Below are positions 1-14,106 of a stretch of 64,000 bases of DNA, piece by piece. The stretch spans positions 806,001 to 870,000 of the forward strand of contig NC_086109.1 of assembly GCF_963921235.1 (NCBI RefSeq), given 5' to 3'. The translations under genes and the position numbers were made by a program. This stretch comes from Mobula hypostoma. Lineage: Eukaryota. Every line of letters begins with the position of its first letter. Positions within the stretch are counted from its first letter, which is position 1. The notes beneath the pieces are model-generated. The model was not told the DNA's origin. It saw nothing but the letters and a program-made list of their open reading frames with translations, and searched no databases.

Positions 1-3000
1 CTTAGCTAATTCACGTCTCATACCTTCAAAGTTACCCTTCTTTAAGTTCAGAACCTTTATTTCTGAATTAACTATGTCACTCTCCATCTTAATAAAGAAT
101 TCCACCATATTATGGTCACTCTTACCCAAGGGGCCTCTCATGACAAGATTGCTAATTAGCCCTTCCTCATTGCTCAATACCCAGTCTAGAATAGCCTGCT
201 CTCTGGTTGGTTCCTCGACACGTTGGTTCAAAAAACCATCCCGCATACATTCCAAGAAATCCTCTTCCTCAGCACCCTTAGCAATTTGGTTCACCCAATC
301 TATATGTAGATTGAAGTCATCCATTATAACTGCTGTTCCTTTATTGCACACATTTCTAATTTCCTGTTTAATACCATCCCCAACCTCACTACTACTGTTA
401 GGTGGCCTGTACACAATTCCCACCAGTGTTTTCTGCCCCTTAGTGTTATGCAGCTCTACCCATATCGATTCCACATCCTCCCGGCTAATGTCCTTCCTTT
501 CTATTGCGTTAATCTCCTCGCTAACCAGCAATGCTACCCCACCTCCTTTTCTTTCATGTCTATCCCTCCTGAATATTGAATATCCCTGAATGTTGAGCTC
601 CCATCCCTGGTCACCCTGGAGCCGTGTCTCTGTGATCCCAACTATATCATATTCATTAATAATAATCTGCACTTTTAATTCATCCACCTTGTTACGAATG
701 CTCCTTGCATTGACACACAAAGCCTTCAGGCTCACTTTTACAACACTCTTAGCCCTTATACAGTTATGTTGAAAAGTGGCCCTTTTTGATTTTTACCCTG
801 GATTTGCCGGCCAAACTCCCTTTCTTGGGGTCCAGCACCAACCTGATTCCTCCAGTCTAGCTGCATGTTGAAGTCCCTATAACAACTGTAGCATTACCTT
901 TGCGACATGCCAATTTTAACTCTTGATTCAACTTACACCCTACATCCAGACTACTGTCTGGGGGCCAGTAGATAACTCCCATTAGGGTCTTTCTACCCTT
1001 AGAATTTCTCAGTTCTATCCATACTGACTTCACGTCTCCTGATTCTATGTCCGCCCTCGCAAGGGACTGAATATCATTCCTCACCAACAGAGCCACCCCA
1101 CCCCCTCTGCCCATCAGTCTGTCCTTTCGATAGGACATATACCTTTGAATATTCTTTTCCCAGGCCCTGTCCACTTGAAGCCATGTCTCTGTTATTCCCA
1201 CAACATCACACTTACCAATTTCCAACTGTGCCTCACACCCATCCACTTTATTTCTTATACTCCGTGCATTCATGTACAATACTTTTAATTCATTACTCCC
1301 CTCACCTCCCGTATCAGTTCCTATTTCACTTGGCCATACTGTACGATCCCTTCTTGAGCTTTCCGCTCTGTTGATTCGGCTGTCAGTCTTAACTTTTCTT
1401 ATTCTCACTTTCCCTTTATCTCCATCCTTATGTTTCCAGTTCGTCCCCTCCCCCCCCACTACTTAGTTTAAACACACCCGTGTTGCAGAGGCAAACCTGC
1501 CTGCCAGAATGCTGGTGCCCCACTTACTAAGGTGCAACCCGTCCCTTCTGTACAATTCATCCTTACCCCGAAACATACCCCAGTGGTCCAAGAATGTAAA
1601 TCCTTGATTCCTGCACCAGTTCCTCAGCCACACATTCAGATCCAAACTTTATCATCTGCAAACTTTGCTTCAAAGCCATCGATTCCATTATCTAAATCTT
1701 TAACAAACAATGTGAAAAGCAGTGGTCCAAATACTGACCCCTGAAGAACACCACTAGTCACAGGCAGCCAACCAAAAAAGGCCCCCCTTATTCCCACTCA
1801 CTGCCTCCTGCCTGTCAGCCATTCCTCTATCCATGCTTGTATCTTTCCTGTAATGCCACAGGGTTTTATCTTGTTGTGTGACACCTTTTCAAATGCCTTC
1901 TGACATTCACTGCTTCTCCTTTGTCCACCCTGCTTGTTACTGCCTTGAAGAACTCTAACAGATTTGTCAGGCAAGATTTCCCTTTGCAGAAACCATGCTG
2001 ACTTTGACTTATTTTATCATTAGTCTCTAAGTACCCTGAAACCTCAACCTTAATAATATATGCTAACACTTTCCCAACCACTGAGGTTAGGCTAACTGAC
2101 CTGTAATTTCCTTTCTTTTGCTTTTCTCCCTCCTTAAAGAGTGGGGTGATTTTTGCAATTTTCCAGTCCTCCGGCGCCATGTGTTCTTTTCCAATCAGTT
2201 CTGGCTAACTCCTCTCTCATCCCTCTGTGATTCCCTTTATTCCACTGCAATACTGATACATCTGACTTTCCAAATTTCAGGGTAAATTCAATGTCATGAT
2301 CACTTCCCCTAAGTGTTTTTTTTTGTCTTAACCTCTCAATTCAATTCTGGTTCGTTGCACAACACCCAATCTAGAATAGCTGATCCTCTAGTGGGTTCAA
2401 CCACGAGCTGCTCTAAAAAGCCACCTCGTAGGCTCTCCAGAAAGTATCCCTTCTGTAATCTGGCATCAACCTGATTTTCCCAATCTACCTGCATATTGAA
2501 GTTCCCCCATGTCTATTGTAACATTACCCTTTTGCAATGCATTTTCTATCTCCCATTGTAATTTGTAGGCCACATCCTTGCTACTGTTTGGGGGTGGGGG
2601 GAGTGGGTCTGTATACAACACCCACCAGGGTCTTTTTACCCTTGCAGTTCCTTAGCTCGATCCACAATGATTCAACATCTTCCGACCCTATCTCTCCTCT
2701 TTCTAATGATTTGATTTCACTTTTTTACCAACAGAGCAATGCCTCCCCCTCTGCCTTCCTGCTTATCATTTTGATACAATGTGTATCCTTGGACAGTAAG
2801 CTCCCGGCTATAATCTTTTGGCCGTGATTCTGTGATGCCTACAGCATCACAGCCGTCAATCTGCAACCGTGCTGCAAGTTCACCAACCTTATTCTGTATA
2901 CTGTGCACATTCAGATACCCACCTTTAGTCCTGGATTCACCCTTTTCAATTTTTTCAAACCATGCTCAACTTTTTCATTCTTAATTTTGTCTAGGGTCTT

Positions 3001-3500
3001 ACTAATATCTGCCTCCACAACCTCTCCACTAACTATACTGGCACTCTGGATTCCATACCCTTGCAAGTCTATTTTAAACCCCACTGTGCCTTTCCGCTAG
3101 GATATTTGTCCCCTTCTCATTCAACTGCAAACCGTCCCTTCTGTACAGGTCCCACCTTCCCTGGAAGAGATTCTAATGATCCAGAAACCTTAAGCCCTCC
3201 CTCCTACAACTACTCCTTAGCCACATATTAAACCGTATAATCTTCCTAGTTCTGGCCTCACTAGCATGTGGCATGGGTAGCGATCCTGAGATCACAACCC
3301 TTGATTTTTCCCCCTTCCCTTCTGAGTCACAGAGGTAGACCACTGTGACTTTCCTCTGTAAGGTCATCCACCCCCTGACAGTATCCAAAGTATTGAAAGT
3401 CCTGAAATGAATCTGTCCTGCCTCTCCCTCAACTAAATCTCTGTAGTGGCCACAGCATCTTAGTTCCATGTACTGGTCCATGCTCTAAGTGTATCACCTT
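1..3500 (-). mobile_element. Mosaic of several degraded CR1 LINE fragments (ORF1 esterase end, APE endonuclease, RT)
   Basis: ORFs with YMNARSIRNKVD..VGITETWL..GGGVALLV (endonuclease), WCRNQGFTFLDHW (ORF1 esterase), PEDWKIA..SQHGFCKGKSCLTNLLEFF (RT). Confidence 0.85.
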
Positions 3501-3738
3501 TACTGATAATACTCTAAGAACAGAAATAAACATATTTCAACACATCCATCCCATGTCTATTGTTTTGCTCCTGTCCATTCTTCCTTATAGACCTACTGGT
3601 AATGATATCAACTTTCCTCTCATTCCCTCCACTTTCAGACCTAGTTTTCTGGTTTAGTGCCATCCCCTAGTGCCAAACTAGTTCAAACCCTCCTGATTTG
3701 CACCAGCATGACTCATGTGACTTAGCAGTGTGACTTAC

Positions 3739-3839
3739 GATGCGGTCTGGGAGAGGTGTGCTTGCGATATAGCACTCCACTTGGCCATAAGAACCTTCCA
3801 CTGCGTACTGGACAGGGTCACTTGAGATAATTGGAGGGC
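3739..3839 (-). CDS. KIRREL1: KIRREL1-like exon (Ig5 N-half); gene continues beyond the left edge
   Basis: [34 protein letters not shown]; pyrimidine tract + aaAG / GTaagt; 101 bp, phase 1-0. Confidence 0.92.
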
Positions 3840-4139
3840 CTTTGAGAGAAAGAGAGAGGGAGAGAGGTTGGATAGAGACAAAAGACAAAATTCAAGCTCG
3901 TTCACCCCTTCCTCTTGGCTAATAAACCACCAGCATTTGCTGCACAACATCCACACACTCCTCACACAAAACCAAGAAAGAGAAGATGACAGGCCATTTC
4001 GCCTCCTTCTTGCTGCACCAGTCACTGGCCACAACTGATCTGCTACATCAGCCCCACTTTCTTCATTAATCCCCCCCCCCCATGCCCCCATCCCTCAATT
4101 CCTTCTATATCCAACAATCCAGCAGTGTCTTTCCTGTTT

Positions 4140-4938
4140 CTTCTCAGTAACGATATCTGTTATCTGTCAAGTAGGATGCCATGCACAATTCTGATTTGAT
4201 GGAGATAGACGTGAGAGCACAGAGGAACATCTGCTGAAATTTCTGAAATGTCTGTTTCGCTGCCGCCGCTACTGTGTAATCCAAAATCTCCGGAGGGGAA
4301 CGCCCTGATCCTTGGCTTTGCTTGTTTCTTGGCAGCCGGGGCGGGGTCGAAGCGCTCGGCAGAGATGGTGCTCGGTGCTCAGTGTCGGAGGGCTGGTCAG
4401 AGGCTCGAAGTTTTCGGATGGACTCAGAGTCGGACTGTGGTCAGGTGCTTCCAGGATGCTGCACTGGCAAGTTTGCGGTGCTGGGAGCTCATGGCAGGGA
4501 GAGTTTCTCCCTTCTACCGTCTGCGTGAGATGTTGGGGCTATCGGGACTTTGAGACTTTTTTTACCGTGCCCATGGTCTGCTCTTATCAAATTACGGTAT
4601 TGCTTTGCACTGTTGTAACTATATAGAAACATAGAAAATAGGTGCAGGAGTAGGCCATTCGGCCCTTCGAGCCTGCACCGCCATTTATTATGATCATGGC
4701 TGATCCTCCAACTCAGAACCCCACCCCAGCCTTCCCTCCATACCCCCTGACCCCCCCTAGCCACAAGGGCCATATCTAACTCCTTATAATTATGTGGTTT
4801 TTGTCAGTTTTAGTTTTGGTCTGTCTTGTGTTTCTGTGATATCATACTGGAGGAACATTGTATCATTTTTTTAATGCATGCATTTCTAAATGACGATAAA
4901 TGAGGACTGAGTGTCCTCATAATCTAATCTAATCTAAT
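4140..4938 (+). mobile_element. Non-autonomous retroposon-like repeat with (AATCT)n tail, interrupted by a minus-strand CR1 3' fragment (~4625-4783)
   Basis: Ends ataatctaatctaatctaat; inner segment starts atagaaacatagaaaataggtgcaggagtaggcc, the reverse complement of a CR1-type 3' end. Confidence 0.5.
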
Positions 4939-5529
4939 GGAACCCTCAGGACTTCAGGGAGAGCAAATTCGAAAGAGTACCTCCTCTGGAAAGGCCAACA
5001 CTTCACTTTGAGACTTTGTTTCCTGGTTCTAGCCACATCACCCAGGAGAAACACTCTCCCCACACCTACCCTGTAAACCCTGTCTGAACATTTCAGTAAG
5101 ATCACGTCTCATTCTTCTAAACTCTGGAGAGGCCACTTGCAGTCAGCTTCATCTCATAGGCAATCCTGCCGTCCCTTTTCCATCCTGGGAATCGATCTAG
5201 GAATTACTGCACTCTGTCTGTTACTCATAGATCTTCCATTAGGAGGGGCCCAGGATAATTGGGCAAGGCTCCTCTACTCTTGGAGCCAAACCCTCTCACA
5301 ATAAAAGTCATCAGACAGTTTCCCCCCTAATGCTGATGTTCCTTCAGAGTAACATCCAGTGTCTCATGGCCCAGGATACTTACCTGTCTCTTAACACCAA
5401 CACCATTTTGTTTCACACTGCCTGGAATATATTAAAATGGTTGAGCTTGCACATTCCACAGATCCTTGCACCTTCACTGCCCCAATACTCTTGGATTATT
5501 CCCAACAGTTAAAAACTGCATGTGTCAGG

Positions 5530-8500
5530 TCGGAATACTGAAACAAACTAATTAGGAGGGCAAAGAGGGGCCTTGAAATATCATAGACAGATTAGAGAAA
5601 GGAAAATCCCAAGGCATGATATAAGTAAGCAGCAAGATGGTAATGGTGGAGTCAGGAAATGTGAAAGAAGACTTCTGATGGGTACTCACCAATGAGAAGG
5701 GCATTGTAGTCAGCGATTTCATCTGGGACAGTGAAATTCCATTGTATGTCAAGATTTAAAAGGAAGATATATTCAATGTCTCAGTGGTAAAGATGAATAA
5801 ATCTTCTGAGCCTGATGAGATGTGTCCCAGTCTGACATGTTGCACTTTGGGTAGTCATTACATAGTAAATAGTAGGACTCTGAGGAGCATTGATATATAG
5901 AGAGATTTTGAGGTGCAAGTCGATAGCTTCCTGAAAGTAACAACACAGTAGCTGGTAAAGAAGATGTATGTCAAAATGGTCAAGATGGAACCAATGAACA
6001 ATTCTTCAGGTGACATCTTCCAGATAGTCAATCACTTCAGCTTTTCTATGTATTCTACTTATTCTTTTTATCTTAATTTTGTTTTTGAAACTGTTGGGGC
6101 CTGGGACTTATAGGTAAGCTAATGCTCTGCTGTCCTTGAGAAAACTTCAGGACAGAAAAGCAAGCATGAGCTACCATGAGGAGAAGCTCAGAGAGGAGAC
6201 AAGGCACCATGATCGACTACATTTCACGCCAATTAAAGCATTAAGGTAGATTGAAATATCCAAGCAAACACGGAGGAGAGCGAAAAGTTCCCAGAGTCAC
6301 TTTCCTCAGAGAGGCTGCTGGTTTGAGACACAATCACTGGAGAGGCCACTGGTTTGGTCACCACTGTCAGAGAGATCACTGGTTCATGTCACTTTCCATG
6401 GTGAGGCTGCTGGTTCGAGTTGTTGCCTTTGGAGGGGCCACTGGGTCCCAATGCTTCGCAGATGTTATCAAAATTCTGAGATTTGTGGATTGGACTGTAG
6501 TTCAAATTCGCCTCTTTCAGTCCTGTTTTTTTCATGTTCTAACCCATTTTTTTCCCGATTAGCGGGCAGGGGCCTTGGGTGATCTGTTAGATTGTGTGCA
6601 AAAGAGTGGTTGGGAGTTTTGGGGGTTTGTGAGTTTCTGCTTTTTTTTCTTTTCTCTTTTCATGCGGGGGGGATTGATAGCTTCTTTCATCTACTTATGT
6701 GGTCTTCTGTATTCTATGGTTATCAGAGGTATTCTGCATACATACTTTGATAATAAAATAAACCCTCGAACTTCGAACTTTGAATGTTGTATACCTTCAG
6801 GATGTGAGGATAGAAGTCAAAGAGTCAAGCTTCAGCTGGATAAAACTCTGGTTAGACCAAATCTGGAGTGTTGCATTCATTTCTGGTTGCCCCATTATAG
6901 GAACAATATGGAGGCTCTGGAGAGAGTGCAGAAGATGTTTACCAGATGCTGTCTTGTTTGGGGAGTATTAACAATAGGAAAAACCTGGACAAACAGATTG
7001 TTTTCTCTGGAGTGTTGGAGGCCAAGGGGTGACCTGATAGAAGTTTAGAAGTGGTTAGTCAATATTTTTCCCAGGATGGAAATGTCAAATACTAAAGGGA
7101 GAGGTTTGTGAGAGGTGGAATGGTTATGAACTAAGTTTTTTTTTTAATGCCATGAGCAGCATGAGCCTGGAATATGCTGCCAGGAGAGATGACAGAGGCA
7201 GATACAATAGCAGCATTTGAGATACACATGAAAGGGTAGGGAATGGAAGGGTACAGACCATGTGCAGGCAGATTTGATGGAATAGATTGGCAGCATGGTG
7301 AGCATAGACATAGTGGGCTGAAGGGCCCATTCCTGTATTGTTCTGTGTTCTACAATATTAAGTCATTGTAAACAGCATAGAATCAGGCCCAATTTATTCA
7401 TCCCAACCAAGATTGTTGTCCCATGTTGGTCCCTTATGCCTGCCATTTCCATCCAAACCCTTTGCATCAGGACATCTGCCCAAAAGTCTTTTCACTGGCC
7501 CCTGGTTGCCCCTCAGTATCATTTTACATTTTACATTTTTCACTTCTCATGGGAACAGACCTCTGTCCACTTACTTTAGATTTCCCTAGCCTGAGAAAAG
7601 AAGACCCTCATGATTTTTTACACCTCTGTAAGGTCACCCCAAGCCTTCTGTGTCTAAGAAAAACAGTTCCAGACTGTTCAGCATCTGTATATATCTCAGG
7701 CCCTCCAATTCCGATGACACTTTTGTGAATCTTCCTGCACTGTCTCCAACTTAATCAGATCCTTCCTATAGCCAGCCAGAACTGCACACAATAGTCTCAT
7801 GAAGGAACTTTATAGTATATAGAATAGCAGAGCAGAGTTCAAGCTCTTTGGTCTATGATATTGTGCCAAGCTATATAAATCTACTCCAGGATCAATCTAA
7901 ACTTGCTCTCCAACACACCCCATAACCTACATTTATCCTACATGTCGTACATTCCTGTTCCAATCAAAGAATCTCTTAAAGGTCCTTATTTGATCAGACT
8001 TTACCACCACACCCACCAGTGTGTTCCAGGCACCTACAACTTTCTGTTTAAAAAACCTATTTCTGACCTCCGCTTATCTTAAACAGATGTTCTCTGGTAT
8101 TGGCAATTGCCACTCTGGATAAAAGATGCTGGCTGTCCATGTTTATGCTTTTCATCATCTTACACTTCTCTATCAAGTAGTCTGTCATCCTTCATTGCTC
8201 CAAAGAGAAAAGCTGAGGCTTGCTCAACCTTTCCTCATAAGACATGTTCTCTAATCCAACTAGCATCCTGGTAAATCTTATCTGAAACCGCTCTAAGGGT
8301 CCTATAATGAAGTGTCCAGAACTGAACACAATTATCTCCTGTCTAACCAGAGCTTTATAGAGCTGCAACATTACCTTGTGACTCTTGAACTCAATCCCTC
8401 AACTAATGAATGCCAGCACACTAAACACTTGATCAGAATTACAGGGAAATAGTTACCCTGAAGTTATAGGAGGTAAGTAACAGGGTGACAGGAGAAATGG

Positions 8501-9935
8501 AAATGTGAATAGGCCATTAGCGCAGAGCACCCCTGTGACCATTCTCCTCAATAGTAAGTATACAGTTTTGGATACTGCTGTAGGGGATGACCTGCCAGGA
8601 GAATGCCATGGAGACAGGGTTATCAGCACTGAGTATGGATCTGTGGTGCAGAAGGGAAAGAGGCAGAAGAGGGGAGTGGTAGTGACAGGGGACTCAATAG
8701 TCTGAGGAACTGACAGGAGATTCTGTAGACATGAATGGGACACTTGAATTGTACATTGCCTCCCAGGTGCCAGGGTCAAGGATTTCGTCCACAGCATTTG
8801 AGAGGAGGAAGGAGAGCAGCCAGATGGCTTGGTACATATTTTTAGGAAGCAAAAGTCAGATGCTCTTGAGAATTATGAGGTAACCAGGAAGGAGCTTAAG
8901 AAGGGACTTGGAAAAGAGTACATGAGAAGACTTTGATGAGTCAGAGTAAGGAAATCTCCAAGGTGTTGAACACATCCATGAAGAACAGGAGGATTACCAC
9001 TCATGGATAACAGCAGAATCATACCTGGAGTCAAAGGAGGTAGGGGAGGACCTTAATAAATGATTTGCTTTACTGTTCACCAGTGATTAATGTAAATTCA
9101 GTATAGAATAGGCTGATGTACTGGAGCATATTGATATTTAGAAAGAAGTGGTGTGGTAACTTTTGAAAAATATTAAAATAGCTAAGTCCCCGGGAGCAGA
9201 TGGGATATACACCAGGTTACTCTAGGAAGCACAAGAAGAACTTGCACAGGCATTGACAATGATCCTTGCATCCTTCCTGGCCACAGGAATGGTAGAGAGG
9301 ATTATAGAATGGCAAATGTCATTCCATCACTCAAGAAAGTGAATAGGGATAATCCTGGGAAGTATAGAAGTATAGAAATACAGTGAGTCTTATGTCTGCA
9401 GTGGACAAACTAATTGAAATAATTATTAGCAAAATGAAACAAGCATTTGGGGAAGCATAATCTTATAAGTGATGTTTAGCATAGCTTTGTGAGAAGAAGG
9501 TCATACCTCACAAGCCTGACTGACGTTTTTTGATATAGGCAGATTGGTGGATGTGGTGTATATGGACTTTTGTAAGGTGTTTGGCAAGTTTCCATATGGA
9601 AACATTATTCAGAAAGTCAAGAAGCATGTGATCCATAGAAATTTGACAGCATGGATTCAGAAATGATTTACCCACAGAAGGGAGAGGGTAATAGTAGATG
9701 CAGCGTATTCTGCCTGGAGGTAAATGACCAGTGGTGTTCTGCAGGGATCCGTTCTGGAACCTCTGCTCTTTATAATATTTATGAATTACTTGGATGAAGA
9801 AGTGGAAGGGTGGAACAGTAATTTGTAGATGACTTGGTCAGAGGTCTCATCAATAGTGCAGCAGGTTGATGTAGGTTGCAAAGGGATATGGCCATGATAT
9901 AGAAGAAGGCAGAGAAGTGACAGATGGAGATCTAT
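5530..9935. mobile_element. Degraded CR1 fragments in both orientations, with an unclassified insert at ~5975-6785
   Basis: TLVRPNLECCIHFW..LERVQK (ORF2 C-terminus), VVVTGDSIV (SGNH esterase), RT-like segments. Confidence 0.75.
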
Positions 9936-11026
9936 CATTTAGCAACTTTACCAAGGCCTTTGATGAACAGCTGCGCGTGAAGCTGGTCAAGGTGAAATAT
10001 TTAAGGGGAAAATGAGAACTTTTTCACTCGGATGGTCATTAGAGTGTGAAATGAGCTTCAGCTTATGTTTGGGTTATTGTTGAAGATAAGAGATGAGGAG
10101 ACATATCTGCCATCCAACTAGGATAGTCAAAGTGAAGGGGAGGTTTCACTTCACTCCAGGTGCAGGTCAATGGAACTAGGCAGAAAAATAGTTTGGAAAA
10201 AACTGCTAGGCAAAAATAGATGGACCAAAGGTGAGGGACACCAAGGTTGGGCTTGGGTTTCTTTTTGTGGTTTGACAGAGATGAAGGGAGAAGACGCCAG
10301 ACAGAAAAGGTCGTAGGATTCAACCCAGAGTGGAACCATGGTTCGACAAAGCCCACAGTGAGATCAATTGAGGATCGGTGACTTGGGGAAACAGTCAGCT
10401 CCAAATTGTGCACATTGGACTGTTTCATTAAACTAGGCTCTCTTCTTTTGTCTTGGTCTTTTCTTTTCTAACCCTTTAGTCAAATTAAGAATCATAAAGC
10501 TAAATCTTTAAATTGCAAGCAGTGAACTGTCTGTTATCTTATGGCATTCGTTTGTAACAGGGTAAGAAATTCTACAGCACCCACACAAACAGGAGGTTTC
10601 CGGGAGGCTCGTGTCTCAATCACACATCTGGCAGAGCTGGAGATTGCCTTCCCTACACCTATGCAGCCAAGGAAATCAAGAGTGTTTCATACGTAAAGAG
10701 GAAGGTGTGAGGTGGAAAGAGGAAAGGGAGAGGTAAGAAGGGGAGAAGATGAAGAGGAGGTAAGGGGAAGGGGAAAGAGGGAGGGAAGGGAAAGGTGAGG
10801 GGAAAGGGATAGGGGAAATGGGGAGGACAAAAGAGGAGGGAGAGAAGAAAGGATGGGAAAAGTCAGAAGGGGGTATGGATGTGGGAGAAGGAAATGAGGA
10901 GATTAGGAGGGAGGAGAGAAAAGATAGATGGTGGAGGTGGAAGACCAATGGAGGATGGTGAGGGAGAATTGGAGGGGGGTGGGGAGCAAGAACAAACAAT
11001 GGGAGAGGGGAGGACGTTTAACTTAC

Positions 11027-11153
11027 CATTGACCTTGAGGGTGACCTCCCTCTCACCAACCCCAATCCGCGGGACGATTGCCTTGCATACATACTGTCCT
11101 GCATCAGCCTGGGTGACCGCCTTCAGGTACAGCCGGTTACTGTTACTGAGCAC
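11027..11153 (-). CDS. KIRREL1: KIRREL1-like exon (Ig4 C-half)
   Basis: [42 protein letters not shown]; cacAG/GTaagt; 127 bp, phase 0-1. Confidence 0.92.
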
Positions 11154-13252
11154 CTGTGCACACCAAGGGGAACCAGTCAGTCTGGGTTCTACCCTCCCAC
11201 ACATTTCCCACCCACCCACACCTCCAAATCACATCGCACCCTGCACTCCCTCCCAGACAGACCCCGCTCACCTCTCCCAGATACTCCTCTCTGTTTCCAC
11301 CCCTTCCCACCCTCCCAGACGGCCCCCAACCACCCTCACCACATAGCTACACCAGATTGCTCACCCACCCTCTAAAATGCAGTCTGGATTCCAGTTCTCT
11401 ACACTGACCCACAGGCATTAAACCTCAATTCACAGCTCCCTACAAGGCTCCCTCCTCCCTGATCCATGTCCACTCCTCACACTCTCATCTGTCTGTCTTT
11501 GCACCCGAACCACACCCACTAGAAAATGGCCAACCAACCAAGGGGAGAGAGCAGATAGGAGATGCAGAAGAGAGGAGAGAGGCGAGGAGAAGGGGAACAG
11601 GATAGAAGGCAGGGAGTAGGAGTGAAGGGTGAGAAGGAAGTGGGGGAAAAAAGGTGAAAGAGGTGACAGAGAGGGGCTGAGAGAAGGAGGAGAGAATAAG
11701 AGAGTGAGGAGACAGAAAGGGATAAAGGGGAGCAGGGGGAGAATGGGAAGGGCAGAGGGAAAGGGAGAGGGAAGGGAAAGAGAAGTGGAGGTTGAAGGGG
11801 GGAGGAAGAGGAAGAGAGGAGAAGAGGGAAATGGGTGGGGGAGAGAGATGGGGAGAAACAGGAAGGAGAGATGGGGTGGGAGAGGGGGAAAGGGGAGAGA
11901 GAGGGAAGGGAAAAGGGAGGGTGAGAGATATGGGACAGGGAGAGAAAGAGATGAGAGAGTGAGAGGGAGAGAGGGAAGAGGGGGAAAGGGGATGGGTAGC
12001 GAGAGGGAGTAGATACTGGGAGAGGGGAGACAGAAAGGGGTAAAGAAAGTAAGGGGTATTGTGAGGGTGTTGTGAGAGACAAATAAGTGAGGGCTCAAGA
12101 GAGAAGTGCAAGATGAGGGAAGGGAGCGTGTGAGACAGGTGAGAGAGAGAAGAAAGGAAGAAAGAGGAGATGGAGGGATAGGGAGAGAGAGAAAGGGGAT
12201 AGTGAGAGAGGGAGAGTAGAGATTGGGAGAGAAAGTAGAGACTGGAAGTGGGAGAGAGAGGGATAGAGAAAAGAGAGAGGGTAGAGAGATGGAGAGAAAG
12301 AAGGGAGAGGGAGACGGAGAGTTGAGAGAGAGGGGACAGTGAGGGGCAGATGGAGGTGAGAGTTGAGAAGGGGAGAGGGGGAAGAGATAGGGAGCTGAAG
12401 GGTGATACAGGAGGCAGAGAGGGACAGAAGGGGCAGGTGATTATAGCATGGGTGTTGAGACAGGTGAATAAGTGAGGGCTGGCGAGAGGGTGGAAGTGTG
12501 GATGTGAGAGACAGTTGAGAGACAAGAGAGGGGAGAACGTTGGAAGAATGAGGGATAGTGGGAGGAGAGGGCACAGTTTTAAGGTGCTTGGAAGCGGATA
12601 CGGAGGAGGTGTCAGGGGTAGGTTTTTTACGCAGAGAGTGGTAAGTGCGTGGAATGGGCTGCCCGCAACGGTGGTGGAGGTGGAAACAATAGGGTCTTTT
12701 AAGAGACTCCTGGATAGTTACATGGAGCTTTGAAAAATAGAGGGCTCTGGGTAACCCTAGGTAGTTTCTAAAGTAAGTACATGTTCGGCACAGGTTTGTG
12801 GGCCAAAGGGACTGTATTGTGCTGTAGATTTTCTGTGTTTCTATGAGAGAGTGGTGAGGTGGAGCAGAGAGAGAGGGGGTTATCAGTGTGAGGAAAGAGG
12901 ACCGGGGACAAAGGTGTGACAGAGAGATAGGGCAGAGATGGAGGTGAAAAGGGGTGAGAGGAGTGAAAGAGTGGTGAGGGGGAGAGGTGCAGGAGGAGGA
13001 GAGGGGTGATGAGGAGATAGGGCAGAGGAGATAGGGCAGACAGTAGGGAGAGAGGGCAAAGAGGTGAGATTGGGAGAGGGTTTGAGGGGGGAGAGGGGGT
13101 GAGAGAAGGGAAGAGTGAAGGGAGAGGGAAGGGCAGAGAGACGGGGACAGACGAGAGAGGGAGAGGTGGAGATAGGGGAGTGAAAGGGAGGATGAAGGGG
13201 AGAGAGAGGGGAGATAGAGGTTGAAAGAGACGGGGAGAGAGCTACAGAAATG

Positions 13253-13283
<31 letters not shown>

Positions 13284-13978
13284 GATAGGTAGAGATAAGG
13301 AGAGGAGATGGGGAAGAAGGGAGAGCGGGGTTGAGATGTTGGTTAGGGACAGTGGGAGAGGGTATGAGTGAAGTGAGTGAGGGAAGGGGGTGGTGTGAGT
13401 GAGCGTATGGAGGGTGTGAGGAAGGAGTGACCAACAGGGAAGACAGATTAAGAGAGCAGTGTGGGTATTCAGTGGGCTGTGAGGGGATGATATCAGGGGG
13501 TGCAGTTTGGGGCAAGAGAGGGTGGGGACAGGAGGAGGGGGGGCAGAGAGAGAGGGGAGAAAAGGGGAGGGTTGTGAAGAGGTTGAGAGAGGTAGGGGTG
13601 CAGAGCAGGCAGAGTATAGAGAGGGAGTCAGGAGTGAGAGTGGGAGGGGGATGGAAGGGACAGTAAGGGAAAAGATGATGGTGGGGTGTGGGGGTCTAAT
13701 GGAGAAGGAGATGGGGTGAGGGTCAAGAGAGGAGGAGAGCGGAAGAGAGTGGATGATAAAGAGAGAGAGGGGAGTGAGTGAGGGGGCAATGATAGGGTGG
13801 GAAGGGAGGCAGAGGAAGGAGTGAGGGATGGGGAGTGGGGAGAGCTGTTGAGTCGGGGATGGTGGAGAAAAGTTGAAGGGAGGAGTGGAAGTCAGGATTG
13901 GAGGACCATCCAGCATTGCACCCATCCACCAGCACCAGCCCCCACCCACCCCCCCACCCACCCCCCCAGTCCCCGTAC

Positions 13979-14106
13979 CACATTTGAGCCTTTCTTTGTC
14001 CAGGTCAGGGTCAAGGGCGGGTTGCCCACCCACACACAGCTCAGCACCACACTCTCACCCATGTTGGCTGTCTTCATCTCTGGTTCCTCTACCATCCGTG
14101 GTCCAA
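13979..14106 (-). CDS. KIRREL1: KIRREL1-like exon (Ig4 N-half)
   Basis: (F)[42 protein letters not shown]; cacAG/GTacgg; 128 bp, phase 1-0. Confidence 0.92.

Noticed and set aside
10065..10689. Possible solo LTR (ends ..gtgtttca)
   Set aside because: No TSD, partner LTR or internal sequence could be identified
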